A DNA stretch of 12,726 nt from Armatimonadota bacterium (GCA_046292385.1 JBKBRF010000083.1:1-12726); one strand, 5' to 3'. Positions 1 through 9,556 are shown, numbered from the stretch's first letter. Notes: generated from the sequence alone by a model not told the origin. Program-made: numbers and translations.

Positions 1-1
1 C

Positions 2-40
2 TTGCACCTGCCAGAAACCATGCCGATGTACGAAGTGTAG
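2..40 (+). CDS. Possible C-terminal 12 aa of the IS transposase (partial; LHLPETMPMYEV*)
   Basis: Frame open from the window edge to TAG at 38-40, immediately before the hairpin and terminal IR. Too short for a domain call; the other two + frames are also open at the edge. Confidence 0.4.
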   Translation: MHLPETMPMYEV

Positions 41-42
41 TG

Positions 43-95
43 GAAAGATTCAGCCTCGCTTGATGCTTCGCAGCCACCGCGAGGCTGAATCTTTC
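43..95 (+). terminator. 17-bp perfect-stem hairpin inside the left IS end; probable terminator
   Basis: GAAAGATTCAGCCTCGC (43-59) pairs with GCGAGGCTGAATCTTTC (79-95), ending in a pyrimidine/T-rich run, 2 nt after the stop at 40. Confidence 0.6.
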
Positions 96-116
96 TTACA
101 AACTGCGGAACTTGGG

Positions 117-367
117 CTAGCGCGGAAAGCGACTACGGTCTGCGGAACGGCAGGTTTCTGCGCCTCGAGACGCTGGTCGCCTGGCGACCGGATCTCAGGC
201 CGAAGAGGCTCTGCCCGCTCACGGGCGCTCCGTACGAAGACCATCTCCAGAAGAGCCAGGTCAACCTGGAGATCCACTGCCCGAATGAGAGCGCGCACTC
301 CCGCTTCGCGCCCCCGGAGCGCTTCCGGCGCAACCTGTCGATGATCAGCTGCGGTGAAATCCCGTAG
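117..367 (+). pseudogene. 3' remnant of a pilin/pseudopilin-like gene interrupted by the IS at CTAG
   Basis: Frame not in the ORF track and lacking a usable start: SAESDYGLRNGRFLRLETLVAWRPDLRPKRLCPLTGAPYEDHLQKSQVNLEIHCPNESAH...CGEIP* (TAG 365-367). The AExxY...G and CPxxGxPY...CPN pattern recalls the region after the prepilin helix. It begins at the IS junction. Confidence 0.5.
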
Positions 368-551
368 GCTGAGCCGCCCGCGCCCTATCCGCGCTGCGCA
401 AGCCGCTCCTGCGGCAGAGAGTGCAGGACGGCGCTGGAGCGTAGGCTAGGTAAATAAACCGGAATCGTGGATAACGTAGGAAATCTACATGGGCCAGAGA
501 ACCATCCTCATGAACAAACCTGCTGCGGCAGAGCCGCGGGAGAGCCATGAG

Positions 552-980
552 ATGAAACTCCGGTTGCTCTTGGTGGGAATCGTGCTGCTTGTCGGAGCTC
601 TCTACTACGGGCTCTACGACATGCCTCGTCGGAACGCGCTTCACGGCAAAGAGGCCGTGATCGGTCAGGGGCGGATCGTCGGCAAGGATACCGAGGCGGG
701 TCGCCGGGGGAAAACACACTTCCTGGCGACCGTCCAGTTCAAGGACCGGGGCGGTAAGCTGCAGCGCGTGGCCAACCGGTATGACCAGGCTGTCTGGAAT
801 GGAATCCGGGCGGGCAAGAAGGTCCAGGTGCGCTACCTGCCGAGTGATCCGCAGAACGCCGTCGCCGAGGGAGCGCACGGGAGCACGAAGCGAGATCCCG
901 TTCTCGACTGGGGAATCCTCGCCGGGCTGGCAGTCGGCGGCGCCGCCTTCCTGGTCTTGGGACTGGCGCGGCGCGAGTAG
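552..980 (+). CDS. DUF3592-like membrane protein (N-terminal TM, beta-rich middle, C-terminal TM)
   Basis: MKLRLLLVGIVLLVGALYYG hydrophobic start, GRIVGK, GKKVQVRYLPSDPQNAV motif typical of DUF3592, and a C-terminal hydrophobic helix. ATG 552 has GGGAGA 8 nt upstream; alternative starts are 489 and 510. Confidence 0.75.
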   Translation: MKLRLLLVGIVLLVGALYYGLYDMPRRNALHGKEAVIGQGRIVGKDTEAGRRGKTHFLATVQFKDRGGKLQRVANRYDQAVWNGIRAGKKVQVRYLPSDPQNAVAEGAHGSTKRDPVLDWGILAGLAVGGAAFLVLGLARRE

Positions 981-1075
981 CGTTCCGCTCCACTCGCTGT
1001 GAGATCCTCATGCTGCCACGGCGATCGCATCCCGCCGAGGCAGCTTCCCCGTTCCGAGCCACGTCGCCCCGCCAC

Positions 1076-3616
1076 TCACCCCTGGGACGTCAGTCGCTCC
1101 AGGAGCCGCCTCAATTCCTCCGGGTCGACCGGCTTGACCAGGTGGGCATCGAACCCCGCCTGCTGCCCTCTCCGGCAGTCCTCTTCCTGGCCGAAGCCGG
1201 TCACCGCGATCAACCGGATCCCGGCGGTGGCCGGATCGTCCCGCAGCGCCGCGGCGACGGCATAACCGTCCATGCCGGGAAGGCCGATGTCGCAGAGCAC
1301 CACGTCCGGATGCAGCTCCCGGGCCAACCGGACTCCCTCCGGCCCGGACGCCGCCGTCTCCACTTCGTGGCCGAACAGCTCCAGCAGATCCCGCACCGTC
1401 TCCGCCGCCTCGGGCTGGTCTTCCACGACGAGCACCCGGAGCGGCGAGGCGCTGTCAGGCCCCCGAGAGTCCGGCATCGCCGCCTGCGCCGCTGGGGCCG
1501 GCACCTGGGGCAGGCGGAGCCCGAGCTCCGACCCGCGCCCCGGCCCTTCACTGGACGCCCACACCTCGCCCCCGTGCAGCTCCACCAGGCCTTTGACGAG
1601 CGAGAGGCCCAGGCCGAGTCCTCCGCTGCGCTCCCGGTGCTGCTCGTCCTGGGCGAACGCGGTAAAGATCCGGGGCAGCACCTCCGGACGGATGCCGATC
1701 CCCGTGTCCCGGACGGTGACCGTGGCCCAGTGCGCCTCCGCCGCGGACTCCAGCCGCACCGTCACCCGCCCGCCGGGGTCGGTGAACTTCCGTGCGTTCA
1801 GCAGCAGGTTGCCCAGGACCTGTGCCAGGCGCGCCGGGTCCCCATTAACCCAGACCGGCTCCTCCGGCAGCTCCAGCTCCAGCGTGAGGCCGGCCGTCTC
1901 CAGCGTGTCCCGGTGATCGTCTGCGGTCCGCCGGATCAGCTCTCCCAACTCCACCGCCTCGAAGCAGAGCAGGAGCTTCCCGCTCGCGATCCGGTTCAGG
2001 TTCAGCAGGTCATCGATCAGGCGGGCCTCCTGGCCGACCTGCCGGCGGATCGTCTCCAGCGCTCGGCGCTGGCGCGGACCGTCCCGCAGCCCCAGCTGCA
2101 CCAGGATCTCCAGCGCATTCCGGATTACGCCGAGGGGACCGCGCAGCTCGTGACCCAGCAGCGCCAGGAAGCGGTTCTTGTACTCGTCCGCTCGCTGGAG
2201 CTGCCGGTACAGCCGGGCGTTATCCAGCGCCAGCGCGGCCCGCGTCGCGAGATCCTGTGCCAGGCGGAGGTGCTCCGGCCCGTACCGGCGCCCCACGGCG
2301 GTGGAAACGAACGTCATTGCCCCCAGGGGGCGGTCCCTCGCCAGGAGCGGGACGATCATCGAGGAGCGGGGCTGAATCTCCCGGATCAGCCGCCGGTGCT
2401 CCGGACTGCGCGCCGCCGCATCGAGATGCGCTTTCGTTACCTCCGGCACCAGCTCGGGCCGGCCCGTCCGGATCACCCGCAGCGCCGGGGAGTCGGCCGG
2501 GCTCGTGGCGGGAGGGATGCGAGCGAGTGCCTCCGCCAGCTCGCTCCGGGCTCCGTCGGCCACGATACGGCGGATCGACCCGTCCGCCTCCAGCACGTCG
2601 ACGAAGCACCAGTCGGCCAGATCCGGAAGCGCAAGGCGGGCGATCCTCTCGAGGGTGACGTCGTACTCCAGCGAGGAGGACAGGGTGCGACTCGCCTCCG
2701 CCAGCAGGGCGAGCCATTGCCGGGCCATCTCCGCTTCCGCCCGGGCCGCCTCCGCTCGCGCGAGCAGCTGCTCTCGCTCCGCTTCCGCTCGCTTGCGGTC
2801 GGTGATGTCGGTCATCGATCCGAGGAGCCGCACCGCCCGGCCGGCGTCGTCCCGAATCGCATACGCCTGGTCCAGGACGACCACGTAGTTGCCGTCAGCC
2901 CGGCGGTAGCGGTACTCCTCCGTCCAGAACAGGTTCGAGCTCTGCAGCCACTCCTCAAAGACCCGCATCACTCTTGGCCGGTCGTCCGGGTGGATGCACT
3001 CCGCCCACCAGGCAAGCGTGCTGCCGACCTCCGCCGGCGCATAGCCGAGGGTCGCCTCGATCGCCCCTTCCCAGATGCCATGATCGGTGGTCAGATCCCA
3101 GTCATAGATCACCTCACACGTGGCGCGAGTGACGAGCCGGTACCGCTCCGTGCTCGCCCACAGCGCCCGCTCGCGATCCTCGCGGCTCCCGGGAGACTGC
3201 GACGGCTCATCCTGCTCCGCGTGGAGACGGCGGATCAGTCCCAGGTAACCCGCTGGCTGGCCGCTCTCATCCAGGTGCCGGGTGAGGACCAGCCGGACAC
3301 GGCATCCGGCGCCGCCCCGGGAGAGGCTCCATCCTTCGGCTTCCGCCCGGCCGCGCTCCGCGGCCTCTCGCAGCACCGCGCCCAGCCGTCCCGCCGCCTC
3401 ATCCTCGGTGGAAATGAGCCGGGAGAGGGGCTCGCCGAGAAGCCCGGCCGCGGAGCAGCCGGTGATCTGCTCCGCGGCCGGGCTCCAGCGGGTGATCCGA
3501 CCGTCCGGATCCAGGTCAAATAGGGCACAATCGCGGGTGCTCTCCTGGAGCAGGAGAGACTGTTCCGCCGGCGTTAGCGGCGCAATCCATGTCTCGGCGG
3601 GGAGGGGGAGAGACAT
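1076..3616 (-). CDS. Cytoplasmic hybrid sensor histidine kinase/response regulator (degenerate PAS, PAS, GAF, HisKA, HATPase, REC)
   Basis: H-box FLALLGHELRGPL, N-box NLLLNARKFT, G1 VRDTGIGI, G2 GGLGLGLSLV. Receiver motifs VLVVED, DVVLCDIGLPGMDG and HLVKP. PAS motifs WAECIHPDD and YRYRRADG; GAF motif ALALDNARLY. Confidence 0.95.
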   Translation of the reverse strand: MSLPLPAETWIAPLTPAEQSLLLQESTRDCALFDLDPDGRITRWSPAAEQITGCSAAGLLGEPLSRLISTEDEAAGRLGAVLREAAERGRAEAEGWSLSRGGAGCRVRLVLTRHLDESGQPAGYLGLIRRLHAEQDEPSQSPGSREDRERALWASTERYRLVTRATCEVIYDWDLTTDHGIWEGAIEATLGYAPAEVGSTLAWWAECIHPDDRPRVMRVFEEWLQSSNLFWTEEYRYRRADGNYVVVLDQAYAIRDDAGRAVRLLGSMTDITDRKRAEAEREQLLARAEAARAEAEMARQWLALLAEASRTLSSSLEYDVTLERIARLALPDLADWCFVDVLEADGSIRRIVADGARSELAEALARIPPATSPADSPALRVIRTGRPELVPEVTKAHLDAAARSPEHRRLIREIQPRSSMIVPLLARDRPLGAMTFVSTAVGRRYGPEHLRLAQDLATRAALALDNARLYRQLQRADEYKNRFLALLGHELRGPLGVIRNALEILVQLGLRDGPRQRRALETIRRQVGQEARLIDDLLNLNRIASGKLLLCFEAVELGELIRRTADDHRDTLETAGLTLELELPEEPVWVNGDPARLAQVLGNLLLNARKFTDPGGRVTVRLESAAEAHWATVTVRDTGIGIRPEVLPRIFTAFAQDEQHRERSGGLGLGLSLVKGLVELHGGEVWASSEGPGRGSELGLRLPQVPAPAAQAAMPDSRGPDSASPLRVLVVEDQPEAAETVRDLLELFGHEVETAASGPEGVRLARELHPDVVLCDIGLPGMDGYAVAAALRDDPATAGIRLIAVTGFGQEEDCRRGQQAGFDAHLVKPVDPEELRRLLERLTSQG

Positions 3617-3832
3617 ACCGGAACCGGAGAGGAGAGAATCTCGGTCGCGCGCGGTAGACCAGGCATTATGGCTGCCGTCCCTGTGCGTGAAGCATTCGAT
3701 AAGTCACTCAGAATCTCCCCGGGAGAGATACGGGAGGAAACCCGCCCCCGGGCCGCCGCCCCTCGCGGTCCGGAGCGGCCCACTACTTTCCGGAGAGTCC
3801 CGGCGCAGTGTGGCAGGAAAACCGCGGAATCG

Positions 3833-3867
3833 AAGAGGGCCGCTCCCGGGGTGGGAGCGGCCCTCTT
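3833..3867 (-). terminator. Stem-loop directly after the rho stop codon; probable intrinsic terminator
   Basis: AAGAGGGCCGCTCCC (3833-3847), 5-nt loop, GGGAGCGGCCCTCTT (3853-3867): a perfect 15-bp stem 2 nt from the rho stop. The U-tract on the minus strand is weak and interrupted. Confidence 0.65.
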
Positions 3868-3869
3868 GC

Positions 3870-5141
3870 CTACTGCTTGGAGATCTGTGAGATCGCCTGG
3901 ATGATCTGCTCGTTCGTGGGGAATTTCTTCAGCCACTTGAGCATCATGTCGAGCTGGTCCTGGCGGTCTCCGCTCTGGCCGTGGAGGAACCGGCGCAGCC
4001 GCTGGGCGGCGGCCAGCTCTTCCGGCGTGTAGAGCAGCTCCTCACGGCGGGTGCCGGTGGCCGGGATGTCGATGGCGGGGAAGAGCCGGGCCTCGGCGAG
4101 CTTGCGGTCGAGCCGCAGCTCCCAGTTGCCGGTGCCCTTGAACTCCTCGTAGACCATGTCGTCCATCCGGCTGCCGGTATCGACCAGCACCGTGGCGATG
4201 ATCGTGAGGCTGCCGTGCGCCTCGGTGGCGCGGGCGGCTCCGAAGAGACGGCGCGGGAACTGCAGCGCCGCTGGGTCCAGGCCGCCGGTGAGTGTCCGGC
4301 CGGACTGCTTCCCGGTCAGGTTGGAGGCGCGCGCCAGGCGGGTGAGGCTGTCTACCAGCATCACCACGTCCTTACCGGTCTCCACCAGCCGCTGCGCCCG
4401 CTGGAGCAGCAGCTCCGCGTTCTTGAGGTGGTTCTCCGCGCCGCTGTCGAAGCTGGAGCCGATCACGTAGCCCACGTCGGCGCGGCGGAAGTCGGTCACC
4501 TCTTCGGGGCGCTCGTCGACCAGCAGGATGAACCGCTCGGCGCTCGGGTAGCGCTCGGCGATCGACTGCGCGATGTTCCGCAGCAGCGTGGTCTTACCGG
4601 CGAACGGCTGCGCGATGATGAGCCCGCGCTGGCCGAAGCCGATCGGCGCAAAGAGGTCGATCGCGCGGCCGGAGAGGTCTTCCGGACCCCGCTCGAGCTG
4701 CATCCGGCGGGACGGCGACTCGGCGGTGAGCCGCTCGAAGCTCGGCCAGTCCTTGGCAATGGCGGGGGGCTCGCCCTCGATCTCCAGCACCTGGCTGGCG
4801 GAGGAGCTGCGCTGGCCCTTGTTCGGAGGCCGCCAGCTCACCTTGAGCTGCTGGCCCGTGCGCAGGCCGAACTGGCGAATGAGCCCGTTCGGCACGAAAA
4901 GGTCTTCCCGGCTGGGGATCCAGTTCGGGTCCCGACGGAGGAAGCCGTGCCCCTGCGAGCTGAGCTCCAGGACGCCGTCTACCGGCTCGGAAGTGTTTCC
5001 GCCGTTCGGCATCTGCGCGGGCGGGTTTTGATTCCCGGCGTTCGCGTTATTTCTAGGTCTGCGGGGCGCGCGCGATGTGCGGGCGGCGCCCTCATCGCCG
5101 TTTCCGGCGGACGAGCGACGGTTTGACGTCCGGCTAGGCAC
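3870..5141 (-). CDS. rho: Transcription termination factor Rho
   Basis: OB-fold motifs GVLE...GHGFLR and DLFVP..LIRQFGLRTG. ATPase motifs IDLFAPIGFGQRGLI, AGKTTLL, LLVDERPEEVTD, DSLTRLARA, GSLTIIAT, EEFKGTGN and FPAIDI..TGTRREELL. GTG at 5141 has GGAGG 6 nt upstream and is preferred over the track's TTG at 5147, which abuts the RBS. Confidence 0.97.
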   Translation of the reverse strand: MPSRTSNRRSSAGNGDEGAARTSRAPRRPRNNANAGNQNPPAQMPNGGNTSEPVDGVLELSSQGHGFLRRDPNWIPSREDLFVPNGLIRQFGLRTGQQLKVSWRPPNKGQRSSSASQVLEIEGEPPAIAKDWPSFERLTAESPSRRMQLERGPEDLSGRAIDLFAPIGFGQRGLIIAQPFAGKTTLLRNIAQSIAERYPSAERFILLVDERPEEVTDFRRADVGYVIGSSFDSGAENHLKNAELLLQRAQRLVETGKDVVMLVDSLTRLARASNLTGKQSGRTLTGGLDPAALQFPRRLFGAARATEAHGSLTIIATVLVDTGSRMDDMVYEEFKGTGNWELRLDRKLAEARLFPAIDIPATGTRREELLYTPEELAAAQRLRRFLHGQSGDRQDQLDMMLKWLKKFPTNEQIIQAISQISKQ

Positions 5142-5427
5142 CAGCAACCTCCAGGGGTTGGGTCAGGATGAAATCCAGATGGCAGCGCATGGGGCGCAAT
5201 GAGGTCTGCGTGCGCCAGGTCAGGTTCTTAGCCCCTGGGGCGTTACGGCAGAATGCACGCAGAACGATGGAAAGGAGTCAGGGTCCTTTGAAAGGACGTC
5301 GGTCTCTCCGAGCTCATCTTGGCGGAGGGGAGAGGAACCGGTCCGGGAATTGGGCGGAGGCGCCCGGCGGTCTGTATACCGCGGAGACGTGCGAACGGCA
5401 CGCCATCAACAGGTAGCCTACGGGAGC

Positions 5428-5456
5428 ATTGTCTCGCATTCAGCTAGAGAATGCAA
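5428..5456 (-). promoter_or_regulatory. Putative sigma70-type promoter for rho
   Basis: Minus strand TTGCAT (5456-5451), 17-nt spacer, GACAAT (5433-5428), pointing to rho; implies a leader of about 280 nt. Confidence 0.55.
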
Positions 5457-5523
5457 GGGCTTAGACGAAATATTTTTCTCCGGATCCCGGAAGACGCGGT
5501 ATCAGCATCTGGTCACTAGAGAA

Positions 5524-5544
5524 GTTGACATCAACGCACTAAAG
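5524..5544. promoter_or_regulatory. HAIR-like (HspR) operator overlapping the -35 box
   Basis: GTTGACA-N7-ACTAAAG matches 10 of 14 positions of CTTGAGT-N7-ACTCAAG with correct spacing, upstream of chaperone genes. Confidence 0.5.
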
Positions 5545-5553
5545 ACGTAGGAT
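5525..5553 (+). promoter_or_regulatory. sigma70-type promoter for hsp20-clpB
   Basis: TTGACA (5525-5530), 17-nt spacer, TAGGAT (5548-5553), 38 nt upstream of the hsp20 ATG. Confidence 0.8.
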
Positions 5554-5591
5554 GGTGCTGTAGTAAGGTGATGAGGTCAGTGGAGGAAGGC

Positions 5592-6032
5592 ATGTCGGTA
5601 TTCGATCCGTTTTCCGATCTCTCCCGCCTCGGCCAGCAGATCAGCCGCCTGGTCGAGGAGCGCTCCGGCACCGCCGAGCGCGGCCAGGAGAGCCGTCTCT
5701 GGCGTCCGCCCGTCGACGTCTTCGAGGATTCCGAAGCGCTGACGGTGCGGCTCGATCTCCCCGGCCTGGACCGCTCCCGGCTGGACGTGCAGTTCACGGG
5801 CGAAGAGCTGGTGATCCGGGGAGAGCGCCCGTGGGTGGCGCCGGAGCAGGGCGCCTGCATTCACGCAGAGCGGCCGCACGGGCAGTTCCACCGCGCGTTC
5901 CGAGTGGGGGTGCCGGTGCAGGGCGACGCGGTGGAGGCGACCTACCGCGACGGCGTGCTGACGGTGGTGCTCCCGAAGGCGGAGACGGTGAAGCCGCGCA
6001 AGATCGCGGTGCGCACCGATTCGGACGCATAG
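5592..6032 (+). CDS. Hsp20/alpha-crystallin small heat-shock protein
   Basis: WRPPVDVFED, LDLPGL, LVIRGER, ERPHGQFHRAF and ATYRDGVLTVVLPKAE motifs. ATG 5592 is preceded by GGAGG (5582-5586). Confidence 0.95.
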   Translation: MSVFDPFSDLSRLGQQISRLVEERSGTAERGQESRLWRPPVDVFEDSEALTVRLDLPGLDRSRLDVQFTGEELVIRGERPWVAPEQGACIHAERPHGQFHRAFRVGVPVQGDAVEATYRDGVLTVVLPKAETVKPRKIAVRTDSDA

Positions 6033-6132
6033 CGCGTCGCAGACGGGGAAAGCTTGTACTTGGGGCGCTGCGTTTGGCTCGCCTGCGGATGGTGCGGCTC
6101 AAAGCGGAGGCGGCGGCCGGCTGGTGCGTGAA

Positions 6133-6330
6133 GGCGTATTGCGTATTCCGTATTGCGTAGCGGGATGCATTCCGCGCTTCTCCAGTACATCGTGCCGAGC
6201 GAGGCGCCTTGCTCATCGCTTCTCGGTACGTTCCGCCGAGCGAGGCGCTCTGTTCAGCGCTTCGCCCGGCACGACGTAACGGCAGACGGTAACAGCCAAC
6301 TGCTACGGAATACGCAATACGCAATACGCC
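6133..6330. repeat. Intergenic element bounded by inverted arrays of a heptamer (GCGTATT) with internal tandem hairpins
   Basis: The left arm 6133-6161 is G-GCGTATT-GCGTATT-CCGTATT-GCGTAGC. The right arm 6302-6330 reverse-complements to G-GCGTATT-GCGTATT-GCGTATT-CCGTAGC (27/29 match). An internal 14-bp direct repeat GCCGAGCGAGGCGC sits at 6194 and 6235. Confidence 0.85.
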
Positions 6331-6407
6331 CCTCCTCACCGTAGAGCCGCACCTCCGGTGAGGGCTCCGCAGCTCGGAAGTAATCAAACGCATCAGGAAC
6401 CAAGAGG

Positions 6408-9023
<2,616 letters not shown>

Positions 9024-9034
9024 GGACCGTGCCA

Positions 9035-9064
9035 CGAGGGCGGGGAGCGACCTCTCCGCCCTCG
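9035..9064. terminator. GC-rich hairpin between convergent clpB and the small membrane-protein gene
   Basis: CGAGGGCGGGGAG-CGAC-CTCTCCGCCCTCG: 13-bp stem with one G-U pair; no U-tract. Confidence 0.5.
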
Positions 9065-9071
9065 CGCTGGT

Positions 9072-9326
9072 TCAGCGCCCTACGCTCACGAGCAGCAGCG
9101 CCGTCCCCCACGCGGCGAGCGCTGCCCACGCGACGACCCACGATCTCGCCAGCGCGGCGGCAACCAGCCCCACCGGCAGCGCCAGCCACAGAATGAAGAA
9201 GAGGGAGAGGCCGAGCGCCAGGAACGCGCCGGCCACGGTCGCGGCGCTCGCCAGCGCGCGCACCCCGAGGGTCCGCAAGGCGATCCGCTCCCGCTCCCGC
9301 GCCGCCGCCTTGTCTTCCGGCTCCAT
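9072..9326 (-). CDS. Small hypothetical membrane protein (84 aa, 2-3 hydrophobic helices)
   Basis: GGAGGG 5 nt upstream of the ATG. Charged N-terminus followed by long hydrophobic Ala/Leu/Trp-rich segments; fills the gap between clpB and the REP cluster. Confidence 0.65.
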   Translation of the reverse strand: MEPEDKAAARERERIALRTLGVRALASAATVAGAFLALGLSLFFILWLALPVGLVAAALARSWVVAWAALAAWGTALLLVSVGR

Positions 9327-9411
9327 GATGGCCCTCCGGCTTGAGCTGATCCGGGACCGGCGCGACGCGATCCGCTCTTTCGATCAGAGCGTCCCCTCTT
9401 CCGGTCCGGCA

Positions 9412-9556
9412 TGTGGAGTGCGAATGCTTGCTTTCGCGCCCCGCGTCAGCGGGGCACCGGGAGAAGCAGCCGGCACCATCCGTGATCCCGTCTTGCGTCA
9501 GCCTCGGCAAGATTCGCGAAGCCCTACCAAGCGGTGGCAAGCCACCGCACTCCACA
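9412..9556. repeat. REPIN-like module 1 (two inward-facing GGAG-type REPs), downstream of the RAYT
   Basis: Begins TGTGGAGTGCG and ends CGCACTCCACA (11-bp IR). 9412-9459 matches 10245-10292 at 47/48; 9520-9556 is identical to 10355-10391. Confidence 0.9.

Larger units (their letters stand above)
1..116 (+). mobile_element. Right-hand end of an insertion sequence (IS1634-like by inference), truncated by the window edge; terminal IR AACTGCGGAACTTGGG (101-116) followed by CTAG (117-120)
   Basis: 101-121 is the exact reverse complement of 12606-12626. The IR abuts CTAG at both window ends. A frame ending LHLPETMPMYEV* (2-40) and a 17-bp-stem hairpin precede the IR. The family call rests on recalled resemblance to IS1634 ends and is not verified. 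Confidence 0.7.

Noticed and set aside
3..344. Frame 3 ORF starting with Cys-rich CTCQKPCRCTKC and continuing as the 94-aa track ORF
   Set aside because: It crosses the hairpin and IS junction and is Arg/Ser-rich downstream; frame 2 explains both parts better, though the edge frame cannot be settled from 40 bp.
1010..3523. 837-aa + strand ORF antisense to the kinase
   Set aside because: Shadow frame of a high-GC gene with no recognisable motifs; the opposite strand has a full kinase domain set.
3665..3693. Minus-strand CATAAT as the kinase -10 box
   Set aside because: Plausible, but there is no convincing -35 at 16-18 nt spacing, so it is not reported as a feature.
3981..5126. 381-aa ORF antisense to rho (likewise the 473-aa ORF at 10953-12374 antisense to DUF1501)
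   Set aside because: Mirror frames of well-supported genes.
5460..6407. CIRCE or CtsR operators upstream of hsp20/clpB
   Set aside because: No TTAGCACTC-N9-GAGTGCTAA or tandem GGTCAAA-type match was seen; the GCGTATT heptamers do not resemble CtsR boxes.
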